Shown: positions 1 through 14,258 of the stretch, in pieces
Position numbering within the stretch: position 1 is the stretch's first letter
How the letters are laid out: the number at the start of each line of letters is the position of its first letter
Position numbers and translations under genes: made by a program
The notes under the pieces: model-generated
Told to the model about the DNA's origin: nothing
Database searches by the model: none
The model's input: the letters and a program-made list of their open reading frames with translations, nothing else
Assembly: GCA_002633005.1 (NCBI GenBank)
Contig: NMRA01000312.1
Coordinates: forward strand, 455,194 to 519,193
DNA: 64,000 bases
Reading direction: 5' to 3'
Source: Phoronis australis
Lineage: Eukaryota; Animalia; Phoronida

Positions 1-867
1 TTTTACCTAAGGTCCTCTAACAACAACAAATCAAATAGTCTGCCAATTGTTGACCAAATGACGTCATGTAGTGACCTGAACACCAGCCAATGAGCCCAAT
101 GAATGCTTTAGTCCATGAGTTCACCGGTAGGTAAAAAATGCAATTGGCGGAGAGACAACTCAACAGTAAAAAGTCGAATCTTCGAGTGAATAAATACATA
201 AAACCGAGAGTGGCGTAGATGAAGTAATATCTCACGAAACATTATCCCGCTTATCAACCGAGACCGAAGGTCAAGGTCGATACGCGGAATAATGTCGATT
301 GGGATATTACTTCATGTGCGCCAATCGAGATACGTTTTGTATTTATCCCATGCGCTTCGAATTCNGAGCTTTTCATCACTAGGTGTAAATGATATAAAGC
401 AATAGAATGAGAGGAAAATTCTTGTTCAGTGTGTTAGTACTAACCAAATCAAATTATCTTGACGCGAAAAACGCAAACGGTCTTACCGGTTATATTTCGC
501 CTTTTTTACCTAAGGTCCTCTAACAACAACAAATCAAATAGTCTGTCAATTGTTGACCAAATGACGTCATGTAGTGATCTGAACACCAGCCAATGAGCCC
601 AATGAATGCTTTAGTCCATGAGTTCACCGGTAGGTAAAAAATGCAAATGGCGGAGAGACAACTCAACAGTAAAAAGTCGAATCTTCGAGTGAATAAATAC
701 ATAAAACCGAGAGTGGCGTAGATGAAGTAATATCTCACGAAACATTATCCCGCTTATCAACCGAGACCGAAGGTCAAGGTCGATACGCGGAATAATGTCG
801 ATTGGGATATTACTTCATGTGCGCCAATCGAGATACGTTTTGTATTTATCCCATGCGCTTCGAATTC
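1..867. other. Near-identical duplication (1-364 = 504-867) beside a single-N gap; likely assembly overlap
   Basis: The first copy ends exactly at n365; only a few substitutions. Confidence 0.75.
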
Positions 868-1759
868 CTAAGTTTCTTTCATTTTTCGGTAGATTTTTAA
901 ATACTTCAATCAAACTGTTCACGTGGCGGATCACATCCTATGTATGCACTTTCGCGTTAGGTTACAAGTTTTCTCTGTTAAAGGAAACAGTTCTAAATGT
1001 AACGATTTATTACTTGAAAAGAGATAACAAACAAGAAAACAACGTAAGCGTGCATTGAACATTTCATAAAAATAGTTAAATAACAACAATAAGCCTATTT
1101 GATATTGTAGTTACCGAGAAATCGGCGCCTGAGCTGCAGACGATATAATAGTTAGCTGAAAAACTTAGACAGAAGTGTCACATAATTAACGGTTTTGTTG
1201 CAGATGTTACGCTTGGGACCTGACTGCATGATACTGTTGTAATTGTATTACTTTAAACTATTTTGGGAAAGTTTGATGATTGAACCGGCTAGCAACCTCA
1301 AGTCGACATTGTCCTACCTTTTGAACTTTCCATGTCAGAGGGAGTGTTGAAGTAGTGAGGGAGAGAACGTGTTCACGCGTTCTCAATTTCGAAACAGCAG
1401 GTTAATGTTTGACGTGCAGTTCGAGTGTTATGTGTATGGCACTTGTTTCTACACTTTCACTGCGCGGACTTCCAACTTTTTTATTATTTAAGGGTTGGTT
1501 AGTTATCGGGGAACTGATTAATGTTGGGCTTGATTTTCCGAGTCATGTCAGAATCTTTGGTAGGGCCCTATTAATCGGTTGATAGGAAGTTGTAGTTCAA
1601 CTAATTGCAGCGCCCCCTTATGTTACTTTTTCTCTTACTCTGACAATACTGGCAATAGGATGCGCTACCGCATGTTAGTGCAAAGAAAGATGAAATGGTG
1701 ACTTCATGCACATATTTAAGACGTCAGCGTTGAGTTCAAAGCAAATTCAAATATTTCAA

Positions 1760-3145
1760 GCTACCTCTGCGCCACATATGGAGAAGTAGACGAAGCACAA
1801 TATTTGAGCGGAAGGTTCAAAACTTAAAGAGGCAGAACACTCATGTTAGCAATCGCTGCGCCACCTATTTGCAAGTAGATAAGGTACATAACGTCGGCAA
1901 AAGGCTCACAACTTGAAAGGCAGAGAACACGCATTTCAACTAATCCAACTATCCCCACTTATCGCTGCGCCTCTTGCGGGCAGGCAGATAACGCACATGA
2001 CGTCAGAAAAAGACTTGCAACTTTAGAGACACAGAACACTCATTTCAACTAATTCAACTTTTTCCACTAAACGATACGCCATCTGTGGGCTGGTCGGTAA
2101 GGTACATGACGTTAGCAGTAGGCTCACAACTTGAGAGACACCAAACAGTCATTTCAAGTATTTCATCTATTTTCACTAATCGCTGTGCCACCAGAGGGAA
2201 TTCACTCAAATAAAGGGCAGATGAAATTAGGTAGATTAAGTAGAAAACCCATTTCAACTATTCCTACTAATCGCTGCGCCACCTGCAGGCAGATAGATAA
2301 CGTACAGGACGTCATCAACAAGCTCACAATTTTAGAAACACCAAACACGCATTTCAACTAATTCAACTATTCCCAATAATCGCTGCGCCACATGCGGGCA
2401 AACAACAAGCTCTCAACTTTAGAGAAACGGAACACGCACTTCAACTAATTCAACTATTCCCATTAGTCGGTACGCCATCTGCGGGCTGGCAGATAAGGTA
2501 CATGGCGTTAACAACAAGTTCACAATTACTTGAGAGACACAGAACACCCATTTCAACTAATTCAACTATTCCCTGCGCCACCTGCGGACAGGCTGATAAC
2601 AAATAAGACGTCAGCAACAGGTTCTCAGCTTTAAGGACACAAAACACGAATTTTAAATAATTCAACTATTCCCACTTATCGCTGTGCCACATACAGGCAG
2701 AAAGATAATGTACATGACGCCACCAAAAGGCTCACAGCTTGAGAGACACCAAATACCCAATTCAACTAATTCAACTATTTCTAGTAATTGCTGGGCCACC
2801 TGCAGGCAAGTCAGTGATTCTGGGGCCTTTCTTTCTCACAATGCCAGTACTACTTCAGATGGCGCTGTAATTGGTAGAATTAGCTGAATTAGTTGAATAG
2901 ATCAGACCTGGATAGGTTGAGATAACTTGGGATTAGTTGGATTCAACTGAAGTCAACTAATTCAACTATTCCTACTGATCGCTGCGCCACCCTCGAACAA
3001 GTACATAACGTACATGACGTCATTAACAGGCTCACAATTTTAGAGACACCAATCACGCATTTCAACTAATTCAACTATTCCCACTGATTGCTGCGCCACC
3101 TGCGGGGCAGGCTAATAACAAACATGACGTCAGCGACAAGCTTGC
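1760..3145. repeat. Degenerate ~100-bp tandem satellite
   Basis: Recurring catttcaactaattcaactattcccact..atcgctgcgccacctgc unit with a spacing of about 90-110 bp. Confidence 0.9.
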
Positions 3146-6100
3146 ATGGTGATGGCAGGACAAGTTGAGATAAGTTGGGATTAGTTGGGTACAGGTGGCA
3201 CTGAACAGTTAGGCTGCGGCCGCGGCCAATTTGGGGGTATTTTGTAGGTAGGCATTGCATGTAGGCTCAGTGAATGGGTTTGTTTGTGTTTGAGAATAAA
3301 AAAGGCCTTTTGCTCGTCTGTAGCTGCATTCTTCCTCAAGATGGCGGCCTCCGGTTGCATTTGTGGCTGGGTAGCGACTGAGAAATTGGCTGCGAGTTCA
3401 AGTTGCCATCAAACAAGCCAGATTTTGCAAAAAAAAACTAGTTGTTTGACAATACTTTTGGACCACATTTTTGGAATCGGTAGGAAATTTGCTTTCGAAA
3501 TCTAATGTTGGCTTTAGTCGAGCATCGGCAGGGAAGAGGTTGTTTTGGGGTGAAAAGTGCCGATTTTGCATTTTTGCCCCTATTTTTCTTAGTCTAGCTT
3601 GGTTTTCAGTGGGAGAAAAAGGGTCAAAAATACAAGACAGAATAAAGTTTCTGTGCTCGTCTGTAGGAATTGTGATGTGAAATGACTTAAAACTTTTCTT
3701 TATTTGCATGCAGTTTTTAATAGAGTGAAGAAAGGTGAAGAGTCCATTGACGTGTGTTCTGATAGGCAAATCCCTGTGAGAATTGTTCAGTGCCTCCACA
3801 ACTAAACATTCTGAAATGTATGGAGTCGGCGCGCAGTGATATTCGTCGTATCATTTTTACAGATTACTGTCTTCACCTGATCGTAATTTTCACGTGTGCG
3901 AGTAAATATTTGATGTAGAATCCGAGTGTGTATGGCATTAATTTCTACACTTTCAACCCCGTTTAACTTTAAGGGTGGGTTTAACGACTAGAATAAACTG
4001 GGCAACGGTGGATAGAATTACACGGATTTGTCTCAAACGACACCTTAAGAGTTGTTCGGAGCCTTTCCATTAAAATACTTCGATTTCTAATGTGAAAAGA
4101 TTTTTTCGCGTTTGTTTGCAGTAATCTACCAGGGCAGTGACCCTCGATTTCCCCGGCTGTTCAGCCACGTGACCTTCACGTACCCACTTATTGGCTGACA
4201 CATTTGTCTGGCACTTAATTTTAAAGTTGAGGCATGGGTTCAACAGCATAGTGCTCTGGTAATGGGGCCCCAAACATGTGTAGGTTAGCAGTTTATCATC
4301 TTTTCAAAGTGAATTTGCCTATGAAAGGCCGGGAAAGCTATTTTGTACAACTATGTCGCCGACTAGCCGAGATCACTCGAAATTCTTTTAAATTCAACGA
4401 GTGCTTTCAATCTGTTAATTAGTCAAATACTGGAAACATTTCTGCAAATGTTCAATTCTTCTCGCACGGCACTGCAGGGCTCGAATTCGTTCACACCTCC
4501 AATATGCTTCGAGTCTTCACCGCTTTGTCTCAAATACGACAGGGGTTAGCCCTTTTGCCAGGCTTCTGAGATTTGTAATAAATCACAAAAACAAAAGAAT
4601 GTTGGTTTATAGCTCTGATTAAAGCTAATAACTTTAAGAAGTAATCCTACCCACAATAGCTCCCAATGTGTGTTTTTCGGCCGTAAAACCGACCGTGTCC
4701 TTGACATTCATCAAAGTGTGTTACGTCATGAATATTATAGCCTCACACATCATCATAACCATCTGCTTGCGTGCCTCGTGTAAAAATTGATTCCTATAGG
4801 TCTCTGATACGTACACGGAGTATTCATTTAAGCCTGCTGTGTAGGCCTACTCGCCTTCTGTCAAAAATTTTGTTTTGGGCATCTACCAGTTTTAGAAGTG
4901 GTCTCAATTTGCTTCTTACACAGATTATACCAGGGTCGCGAGGGCTGCTTTCCACAATATTAGATTCTTGCCATTATACGACGAGGCATGCAAGTTTTCA
5001 CGAGAAATTGCCATGCATTGCCAGCAAATCACGTACTTCACTAGCTTCCACACTCGAGTATCCGTCGTTGCAAATCGGGACCCTGGTCATTAGTTAAGCA
5101 ACTTCCTGAGCCTGGTCTCGCGTAAGAAAAAACTTTTAGTTCTTAGCAAACCGAGAATTAATATTTTAACTGAGCAAGGAACGAGATGAGAGTGATTTTA
5201 TGAAGATTAGCGGCCTAAATCAAAAGTTGAGTTTTCGACAGAAACCGAGTTGATATACTAGGTTCAAGAACCGGTCCTCTAATAATAACAATATCGAAAT
5301 GTTGTCATCATCCGACAATTCCAAGAAGATAAAAACATACCAATGAAAACGGTGATACAATTCTATCCACTTTTTTATTGCTATGTCAAGTACGCTATGT
5401 AGAAAACGTTCAGGTGAAGCGTCCATCGGCTTTTAAGTGGAAGGAAAAGACAAATTTTGATATTGTCCATTTTCTATTATATGACTGTTTTTCGACATGT
5501 CCAATGAAGCTCACTCTAATGCTGTTCATTACCCACTATGGATACGTGAGAGTAATGGTACGTGTATATTTACGCAATTATAAATCATACCTGCTAGAAA
5601 CAGGACAAGCAGTGTTACACTTTTCATTTCTCCAATCTTGTCTTCCACGAATGGTTAACAGCGAGCCTACATGTACATCGCACCATGAGTTATCTTAAGA
5701 TAACTTCATCTTTGTGTAAATAACTCCTTTGGACTTTTCAAGATAAATCCCTGGCTCACGGTGCTTGTCATAACAGTTAGATTCTAACTGGTAGAAGAAT
5801 ACTTCATAGTGTGCTCACTTGTACCATGCGAGTTACTTGATGACATTACATTTTTTCACTTAGGGAGCTAAAATTGGAAAAATACAATGCTCGAACGCAA
5901 ATTCATGTAACACTTAGTAAAGACAGTAAACTGCTTGGTCGGTGACGTCATCATTTATCCGGGTGAATTACCAGATGTGGAAAAATTATGAGTCACAACT
6001 TCTGGAACTTGCTGTAAAATAATTTCAAGGCGTTGCGGAGCCTCCAGGCTCCATTTACTGTGGATTGATGACTTTCTGGTTTTCGCGAAATTTTTTTGCC

Positions 6101-8994
6101 CTCTAGCGGTGTTCATAGACAACAACTTCAAGGAACTGGATCATGATTCAGACAGCCTATATATGACCCTTCATGTTTATTCAGAGACGACTTCTTGGTT
6201 TCATTCCAGACAGTCCCCCCGACACATCGGTCAAGCCAAGAACTTCCACTGTCCAGTAATTATCTGAGTTTTATTCCTAAGTAAGCAGCATATTCATAAT
6301 GTAAGAAAAAGCAGCGAATATTGAACTTAATTGATTACTATAATCAGAAATTGATATTTGTCCTGGAATGAAAATAGAAATCGCCAAAATTAGGACTTTT
6401 ACGCTCATAAAATTGGTTTCATAATATTCTTTGTAGTGAAAAGATTCTGTTTAGGTTACCAACAAGAACATCGAAACTATAAGCAACTCAATAAAACAGT
6501 CTGGGGTTGACTAACCATAAAATTGCGTATTTGAACATGACGCCTGTGACTTGGGTTGGGAACGGTAATGGAGTCCTATCAGGGTATGGAGATTATGAGG
6601 CGAGTTTTACGAGAGTGAAAGGCTCAATTTGATTTTCGTCCCTTTTGCCAGCTAAACAAGGCGGAATTCAGCCTTAAGTGTTGATTAAAATGTTAAAGAC
6701 AAAATACGGTCGTAGTCTGGCAAATTAATTTGCGGAAGACATACCTTTCTTATTTTCCTCCTCACACTGGAGAGTGTAGACTGATTGAAATAATCTGGAT
6801 CGTCTGTTCGTTTTGTTTGCACTTGCGCGTTCTTTTTTTTTACGCTTGTGCACATTCGATATTCGACCTTGTGAATTGAATTAGGATTTTCTAACATCCT
6901 GTTCTATTCTTAACAACCAATCACAAGTCAGCAGACAGTCAAAAGCCGAAGTTGCACAAAATTTTGAAATCTCGGTGCCATGATTCAAATTAACAGGAGC
7001 TTGTCAAAGCCAGAGATTGTTTGTCAACATATTTGAATGAGCAGATATTTGTGAATTAACTTTCCAAGAAAACCGTAGGGTTTTACGTGCTTGAGTCGGT
7101 ATGCGCCTAAAAAATCTGTTTACAAAAATGCAACATTCAGCTTAATGGGACATCTGCAAAAGTAAGTGTAGGTCTCGTGACCCACGACACTTTTGCCCTC
7201 ATAATTCATAGGGCAGTGATTCAAGTGGTCTAGTCTAAAAGAAATTACAAAAAAGTAAAGGTCATTGCCTTCAAAAAATTCTCAAACCCTTGTCAAAAAC
7301 ACACCACACATTTCATAACAAAGTTGTATACATTAACTGTTAGTTGATCGTGACCTCACTACAGCAGTGAACTACTAAATCTTCGTGGATAAAAGGGACT
7401 ACTTTTCTCAGATTGCACTAACGCTTAACGTTCTATTTATCCGCAACCAGTTCCCTTTAACTGTATTGGCTCAGATTACATTGACAGCAAATGGTTGCAC
7501 CTGGGACGTTGGAGCGAGCTTATGAGGGCTGGTAGTCTCCGAAGGGTTATTCACTACATCACCGACACCTAAAAGGATGTATCGGGCTTTATTCTTCAAA
7601 TGTCTCTGCTTGTTTTGCATACTTCAGGTAAGATATTTTAATGAACTAATTGGAGAAATATGACATTCAGTTATGAACTAGTCTTCATTTATTCTGGAGA
7701 AGTAGGCATTGTTTTATATTACCTTTGACCTGTGTGCCATTCGAATTATATTTCATTACAACCATGTCCGATTTTAGCCAGACAATTTCTTAGGATCTAA
7801 AAAATACTGAACGCGTTGTGGTCTTAGTTCATTGCTTATATTACCAAAACATGTTGTGAGTTTACAAACACGTTAAATCGTGTGGTCAGAGAATAGTTTA
7901 AAAGAAGGAATAACTTTGCAACAGTTACTTCAGTGGGGGTTTTGCTTGAGCACCAGCGAAATGTAAATACTGCTCAGCATGAAAAGGTTGAACTTCATAA
8001 CCGCAAATGAAATGCATCCCCCATGTCTTTTGTAACCATTTGCCAATGGTGAGTTCAAACAAGGCTATTTCCAGGGTGCAATGTTCCTGAATTTTGTTGC
8101 CCAAAATCGTGTTCTTGTTTCATTATGATCCTATGATCGTACTCAGACCACTAAATACCTGTATAGTTTGTTAGTTCGATGTTCATAGTAACTTAATGAA
8201 AGTTGTCTTGAATTTTAGCCTTTTACGTCCATGTTTTTAGAATGACAGTTTAGCCACGTATGCGAGGAAAAAAGTGACTGGCCTCACCCAGGTAGCATAA
8301 AATTGCTTGTTGTATATAAACGGTGCGTCACGTATCCGTTGCTGAACGATATTTCTGACGTGTTGCTTTTGTCAAAACGTATCTGCCGAAGTTTCGAAAG
8401 AAAAATAAAACATCAGTGAAAGGATGTTGGTCGTCATAACGGCCTAGTTTCATCTTTATAGATATGAGAATTAAACTGTATTATCGCTTGGATGTGGGGA
8501 AACGGGCAAAACAGCATTTTGTGAAAGAATCACTCGTGCCTAAGATCGTGGTCGCGGCCTCATTTACAGTTGTACGACAGCACGTGCAGTGAGTGTGGAC
8601 TCCACAGGCTGGGGGAAGTCTGTACGATGGCTTGTGGTGACGTCATATAGCCCACACTTTGGTGGCAAGTGGAGGATACTTTGGCAACACTGTTTTAAGT
8701 ACCATTTTGGACGCTGTTCAGTAACTATTGACAAAACCTAAATTACCGCCTCCATGTGTTCATGTAAGCAAGCTCACTTTGATATTTTGTTTGCGATTAT
8801 CGCACAATTTGAAACCACGCACAGTTAACACAACAGCGACCTGTCTGCAATTTGTGAAACCCTAGACTTTTAATCGTTCATTACAAGAAGAGTAAACCTA
8901 AAACATACTAGTCCCCACGGGGTATAGACATAATTTAGTAAGAGTGAAATGGAGTTCATCTTTTGTTTAAAGTCTGACTCTTAAGCTACGTAGC

Positions 8995-9020
8995 TACTTT
9001 CTTATTTACTTGCTAACTTA

Positions 9021-9055
<35 letters not shown>

Positions 9056-9071
9056 TCTGGCTGACTGACTG

Positions 9072-9146
<75 letters not shown>

Positions 9147-9192
9147 GACTTACTTACTTACTTACTTACTNTGCTTGCTTGCTTGCTTGCTT

Positions 9193-9281
<89 letters not shown>

Positions 9282-9362
9282 TTAACGTATTTACCTACTT
9301 ACTTACTTGCATACTTACTGACTTAGTTTCCTATTTACTTACATACATACTTACTTACATAT
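8995..9362. repeat. Compound tetranucleotide microsatellite (GCTT/ACTT/GGCT) spanning an N gap
   Basis: Direct reading; n at 9171. Confidence 0.95.
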
Positions 9363-9550
9363 GAAACTTTCAACTGTATGTTTTATGTGCTGATCTACAG
9401 AACGTTGCTTTAAACGTTCCACTTTTGCAAAAGGGGCTGTCAAATAGTAGGACTTTTAAGATTTTTATGAAAATATTCAAAAGTTGAATTAAACGAAAAC
9501 GAAGTGATAATTTGGAAAACTGCAACATAGTTTTTGAGGTTTTATCTAAG

Positions 9551-9555
9551 ACACA

Positions 9556-9599
<44 letters not shown>

Positions 9600-9600
9600 A
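9551..9600. repeat. (CA)n microsatellite
   Basis: Direct reading. Confidence 0.95.
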
Positions 9601-9666
9601 ACATATATATAGATCAAATGGAATTTTTCACAAAAATCAAATTCTACAGAATTTAGCTTTCAGAAA

Positions 9667-9848
9667 TTATGTATTTTGATATAGTTACATTATTGTATTT
9701 TTTCTTTTGATTAGTAAACTGTATGGTTATGTATTTTGATATAGTTATATTATTGTATTTTTTCTTTTGATTAGTAAACTGTATGATTATGTATTTTGAT
9801 ATAGTTACATTATTGTATTTTTTCTTTTGATTAGTAAACTGTATGGTT
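9667..9848. repeat. 60-bp tandem repeat, 3 copies
   Basis: Three consecutive near-identical 60-nt units. Confidence 0.95.
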
Positions 9849-9904
9849 TTGTAGATATTTGACTAAATTCCTTAACTTGACGATAAGGTCTCACGTAACT
9901 TTCA

Positions 9905-10004
9905 TCACTTACTTACTTACTTATTTAATTACTTGGTTAATTAATCAATTATTAATTAATTAGTTGCTTACTTAATTACTCATTTACTTAATCACTTGCT
10001 TTCA

Positions 10005-10081
<77 letters not shown>

Positions 10082-10120
10082 GCTTACTTACTTACTTACT
10101 TACGGACTTACTTACTATCG
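9905..10120. repeat. (ACTT)n microsatellite
   Basis: Direct reading. Confidence 0.9.
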
Positions 10121-13100
10121 TTCTTAATTACTCACTCAATCACTCACTTTCTCACTCTAACATAGATTGTAATACATGACAAACCATAGTTCAGCCGTAC
10201 AGGTACATGAGACAGTGCCACACGTACTATCTTTTACCTTCATTATCTTGTTAAGTATACGCAGATCTTTCGCGGTAGTGTTCAAAAGATCTTAGTAATG
10301 TTGTGTTCGGCCACTTGTCGGATGTGTTCGTTGGTCGAACTTAATTGCAAGGATGGGATCAGTGGCAGCATTTTAGCAGTTTTATAGGGCCAATTTTTCA
10401 CTAAGTAGCATCGTCTTATTTGCGTTACTAATTCAAGGCCCTTCTACAACTTGTAGACGCAAATTCAATAAGAATAGTACTTGAGTCGCGTCTTTCAATT
10501 TGCATCAAAATTATGGTAAACTCGGATATAGCAGAAAGTAGTTACTCCAAACACCACAATGAAAAATGTCGTGCAAAGTAATGTCACAATCGTCGTGTTG
10601 CTCATCGACGTTCACGACCTGGAGGACAGTGATCTAAATTTATTTTAAAAGGTCCTCAATTTCTTTCATTGAGTCAGATGCGGGGCAAAATTGATTGTCG
10701 TTAAGTTTATATGTTTTTGTTCGGTTCCCTTATTCCACAAAGACAATATAAGGTTTTTCATTTTGCCCACTAAATTTGAACCTCGTCAGATTCCCATCTG
10801 CGTTTTGTTATGACGTCATACCACGTATCCGAATGTCAAGGCCTCGAATTCCATCTTTCTTTACTTAGTGAATTTGAAAACATGGTAATAATTTTGCCAA
10901 TATCGCTAAAACATCAGTCACATCATCAAGTCACGAGCAAGCGAAACACTTTCACTTAGGCATCTGAGCCTAATCAGATTTTCCGTTTCGCTGGTGCAAC
11001 TGAGCGTGATCGCGTGACGCTGGTGAAAAAGCGCTGTTAATTGTGTGTTATCCAACTGTTAACATCAATACACGAGTATTTGAGCTCGAAGTCATTCAGA
11101 AGCGTCGGTCTGGACATTGCGTCTGGGAGCGATAATGATATTCGTAAAAAGCAATTGGTCTCCGCGTAGCGGTAAGATAGGCATGCTGTGCTCTGCCCAA
11201 CAGATCGATTTTCACAAGCAGCGAAATCGTTTATTGTATGTTACAAAGCGCGACTACAAATGATATAATTGAATGTTCCTAATACATGTAAAGGTGATAA
11301 AAATGTTTTACCAAAAGTAGCACGATGGCTATAATGTCATGCTGTACAATAAAGTGTCACAGACTGGTTACGTGAGTAGGCAATTAAGACAAATCGTTTT
11401 AGAAAAAGCGATCATAACGTAAAACGCAACTTCCTGTCACGCTCTTTCTTAAGAAGTTAGCGTGAGCAAAGTTACCCCTTCTGCCTTTTTCAATAAAAAC
11501 ATGATTAAACAAGACAGACGTGACACAAGGGGGCAGACAAGAACACTGTTCACCCTGCTTCATTTCTGTCCTTCTTGTTGAGGCTCTATCAGAGTGACAT
11601 TGCCCGGAGGCAATAAAAATCTTAACTAAATACGTTTCAATGCAAACCAGTGCTTTAGTTAAAATTGAATTTGTGTTTTCAGATCAAAACCAACCGAGGG
11701 GTATCATAATGTTTAACAATGCGTATGGCTAAACTAAATAACTGGGCTGGCATGTGGGCTGTCGCAGTTACGACGTACGATAACCACGTGAAAATTGTAT
11801 AATTTTCAATTAGGGGATTGCGTAATTTTACTTCTGATTTTCATTTGGCTTTTGTTCATTAATTCCGTCGGTGATGCAGAAACATGTTCGTCTGCAACGT
11901 GTGCTATGCAAGAAAATCCACTAGCAGGCGATTTTACTAAAATTACTGTTAGGTAGTGAGTGTAGACGGAAGTGAACTGAATTCATTACCGCTTGCCGTG
12001 CGAGTATTACAAAAAAACGCAAGAGGTCAAAAGTGGATTTATCCTGTTTTGGCACTGTAAAACCACGGTAGATTTGTGTGCATATTCTACATCTACCGAG
12101 GGTACCAGCGAGCCTGTCTGACAATCCGATAAAGCAATATCAAATCTTGGTCACCCCTGATTTTACGACATAGCGCAACGGGCGGCCTTCGCGTTTTGTC
12201 ACAACGAAATCGTCTTTCTTTCCATTTTTTTCAGAAATGCAATACATGTATTACGCAAAGGTTAATAGCTTCTCATGGTTGATACCTTGGCCTACAGCGG
12301 TTGGCTTAAAACAATCAACATACATGTAATTGCTCTCACTTCAATAAGAACCCAAATTAAATTAGAATATTCAAACTTTGTTCTTTAAATCTCGATAGAC
12401 GTCAATTAAGCATGGAAAGAAATGTTAATATCCCCAGACGTTTTCCTGCACCTTTGGCGTGCTTGATTGGAAATTAAGAAAAGAAAACGTGTATTTTTCC
12501 CTTTTTCGTTCAGATTTTTTGTGATTCAGCAGGTTCTTTGGCTACACGTCAAGTTCTCGTATAATAGGCAACAACCTTGGGTTTCGTAGAGGCGACAAAA
12601 CACAAGAACACCGACTTCGCGAGATACCGGCATGTATCGCCATGATCACGCTGGTCGAAACGGTAAATAAACGTAATGTCGCAAAATCTCTTTGCAAGAC
12701 AATGCGTTGATGATTGCGATATTGCGACATATCTCGACAAACCCGACAAACTGGGTCTCGAAAATTTCTTTGCTGTCTGTTTCCTTGACGAATACCTCGA
12801 GCACTTACGAGTCAAAAGACTCTTCAGAGCGGTGATCCGTCTTTTATCGAATATTTGATCGCCGCAATTCACTCGCAAGCAAACTCACAATTGCACCTGA
12901 ATGTTGAAATCGACGCTGTCACTACAATGATTTTTTTAATCCAGTTTTATAGGCTTAAGTAGTAAATTTCTTGAATTAGTTTTTAAAGCAATAAGGGCAA
13001 TGCGCACTGTTTGGTTTCGTAAATGTTTACGAAGAAGGCATGGATTATAAAGAAGATAAATTTCTTCCAAGTCTTTTGTTACAATAGGATTATCTTGGAA

Positions 13101-13379
13101 AAATGGAAAACATTGATCGTTTATTATAAATATATTCCAGTTGCTTCGTTTGTTGTTTCTGTTCGTCTGTTTTCCATAACACTTATATTCAAGTGGATAA
13201 GAAAGCGAAAGGCTGACAGAGAAAAGGTGTTGTCTTTGGTCCGTGGAGTCCGCGTAATGCATACAAAAATTGAATCTGTGTGATTTTACATTGTGGAGTA
13301 AACGTTCCTTGTCGACATTCAATAGGTTCCATACGGTTACTGCCAGTAGCCTTTATAGCTCTCTGTTTTACATTTTTAG

Positions 13380-13410
13380 GTTCGCGGCGGGATGTCTACA
13401 TTAGAACCTG
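13380..13410 (+). CDS. Candidate upstream micro-exon of the ADAMTS gene (VRGGMSTLEPG)
   Basis: Acceptor tttttag at 13373-13379 and donor gtaagg at 13411; the phase-1 end matches the 13873 exon. No protein homology support. Confidence 0.3.
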
Positions 13411-13872
13411 GTAAGGTGTTTTGTATTTTCTACCATTAACTTTAGAAAATGTGATTAATGCTATTTTTAAAATCTTTAAGATCCCGATGTTTCAAGTTGA
13501 CCTTGATCCATCATAAGCTGCGGTCCGAGCTATTAACAACTCTGAAGCAGAGGTGTCTTATACATCCCAAGATTCGTCCTAGGCAAATGTGTAGCCAGGT
13601 TCTATGTTTAAATGTTGCAGGATACAATTATTCATAGTTCAATAGGTTTCGCCATACAGACACCTGACGTTATAGTTACGTCACGCACTTACGTCATAAA
13701 GGTATGGCGTACTGCATTGTTTTACTGACAAATCTGCGATCGAAGATTGATTTCTTTTTTTAATCAGTGGCAGAAGTTTAGGGAAGAAATTTGATTGAAT
13801 CTTGGTTTCAACTTGAGTATACGTTAGTTCCCATCAATGAAATCACCATCGGCAATTCGATTGTTTCTTCAG

Positions 13873-14258
13873 GTTTAGATGAGGACGACGTTAAAAAGGT
13901 CAAGGAAATTCTGTACAACGTTAAAACGGACTATGAAGTTGTGGTCCCGTTTCTCGCTGACAACAATGGCGATTTCTTGGATTATAAAATTTCAATCACC
14001 CCGCAAATATTGCGCAGATACAGGCGATCGTCTTATACAACCTATTTCGCTGACGTTAATGTCATGATTCCTTCGAAGAACGGTCTTATCCATCTCGTGC
14101 TCCAGCCTACGTCATCGCTCGTGTCTCCGGGGGCAACGGTTGAGTTGGAAAGGAACAACATCACCGAGAGGAAAATTATCCAACAGGATTGTTTTTTCCA
14201 AGGTGGTCTGAGTAACTCTTCTCAATCGTTCGCTGCCATGAGTGCTTGTGACGGATTG
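13873..14258 (+). CDS. ADAMTS3: ADAMTS exon, prodomain ([36 protein letters not shown])
   Basis: Acceptor ttcttcag and donor gtgagt; propeptide-like motifs YEVVVP and SxCDGL. Confidence 0.9.

Noticed and set aside
1-867. Duplicated 72-aa ORFs as a tandem gene pair
   Set aside because: The duplication abuts a single-N gap, the ORF lies in a dispersed repeat, and there is no recognisable domain.
3398-3799. 133-aa minus-strand ORF
   Set aside because: No recognisable motif or splice support; non-ATG start.
9179-9600. ORFs with LAGW, LLTY and CV repeats
   Set aside because: Translations of microsatellites.
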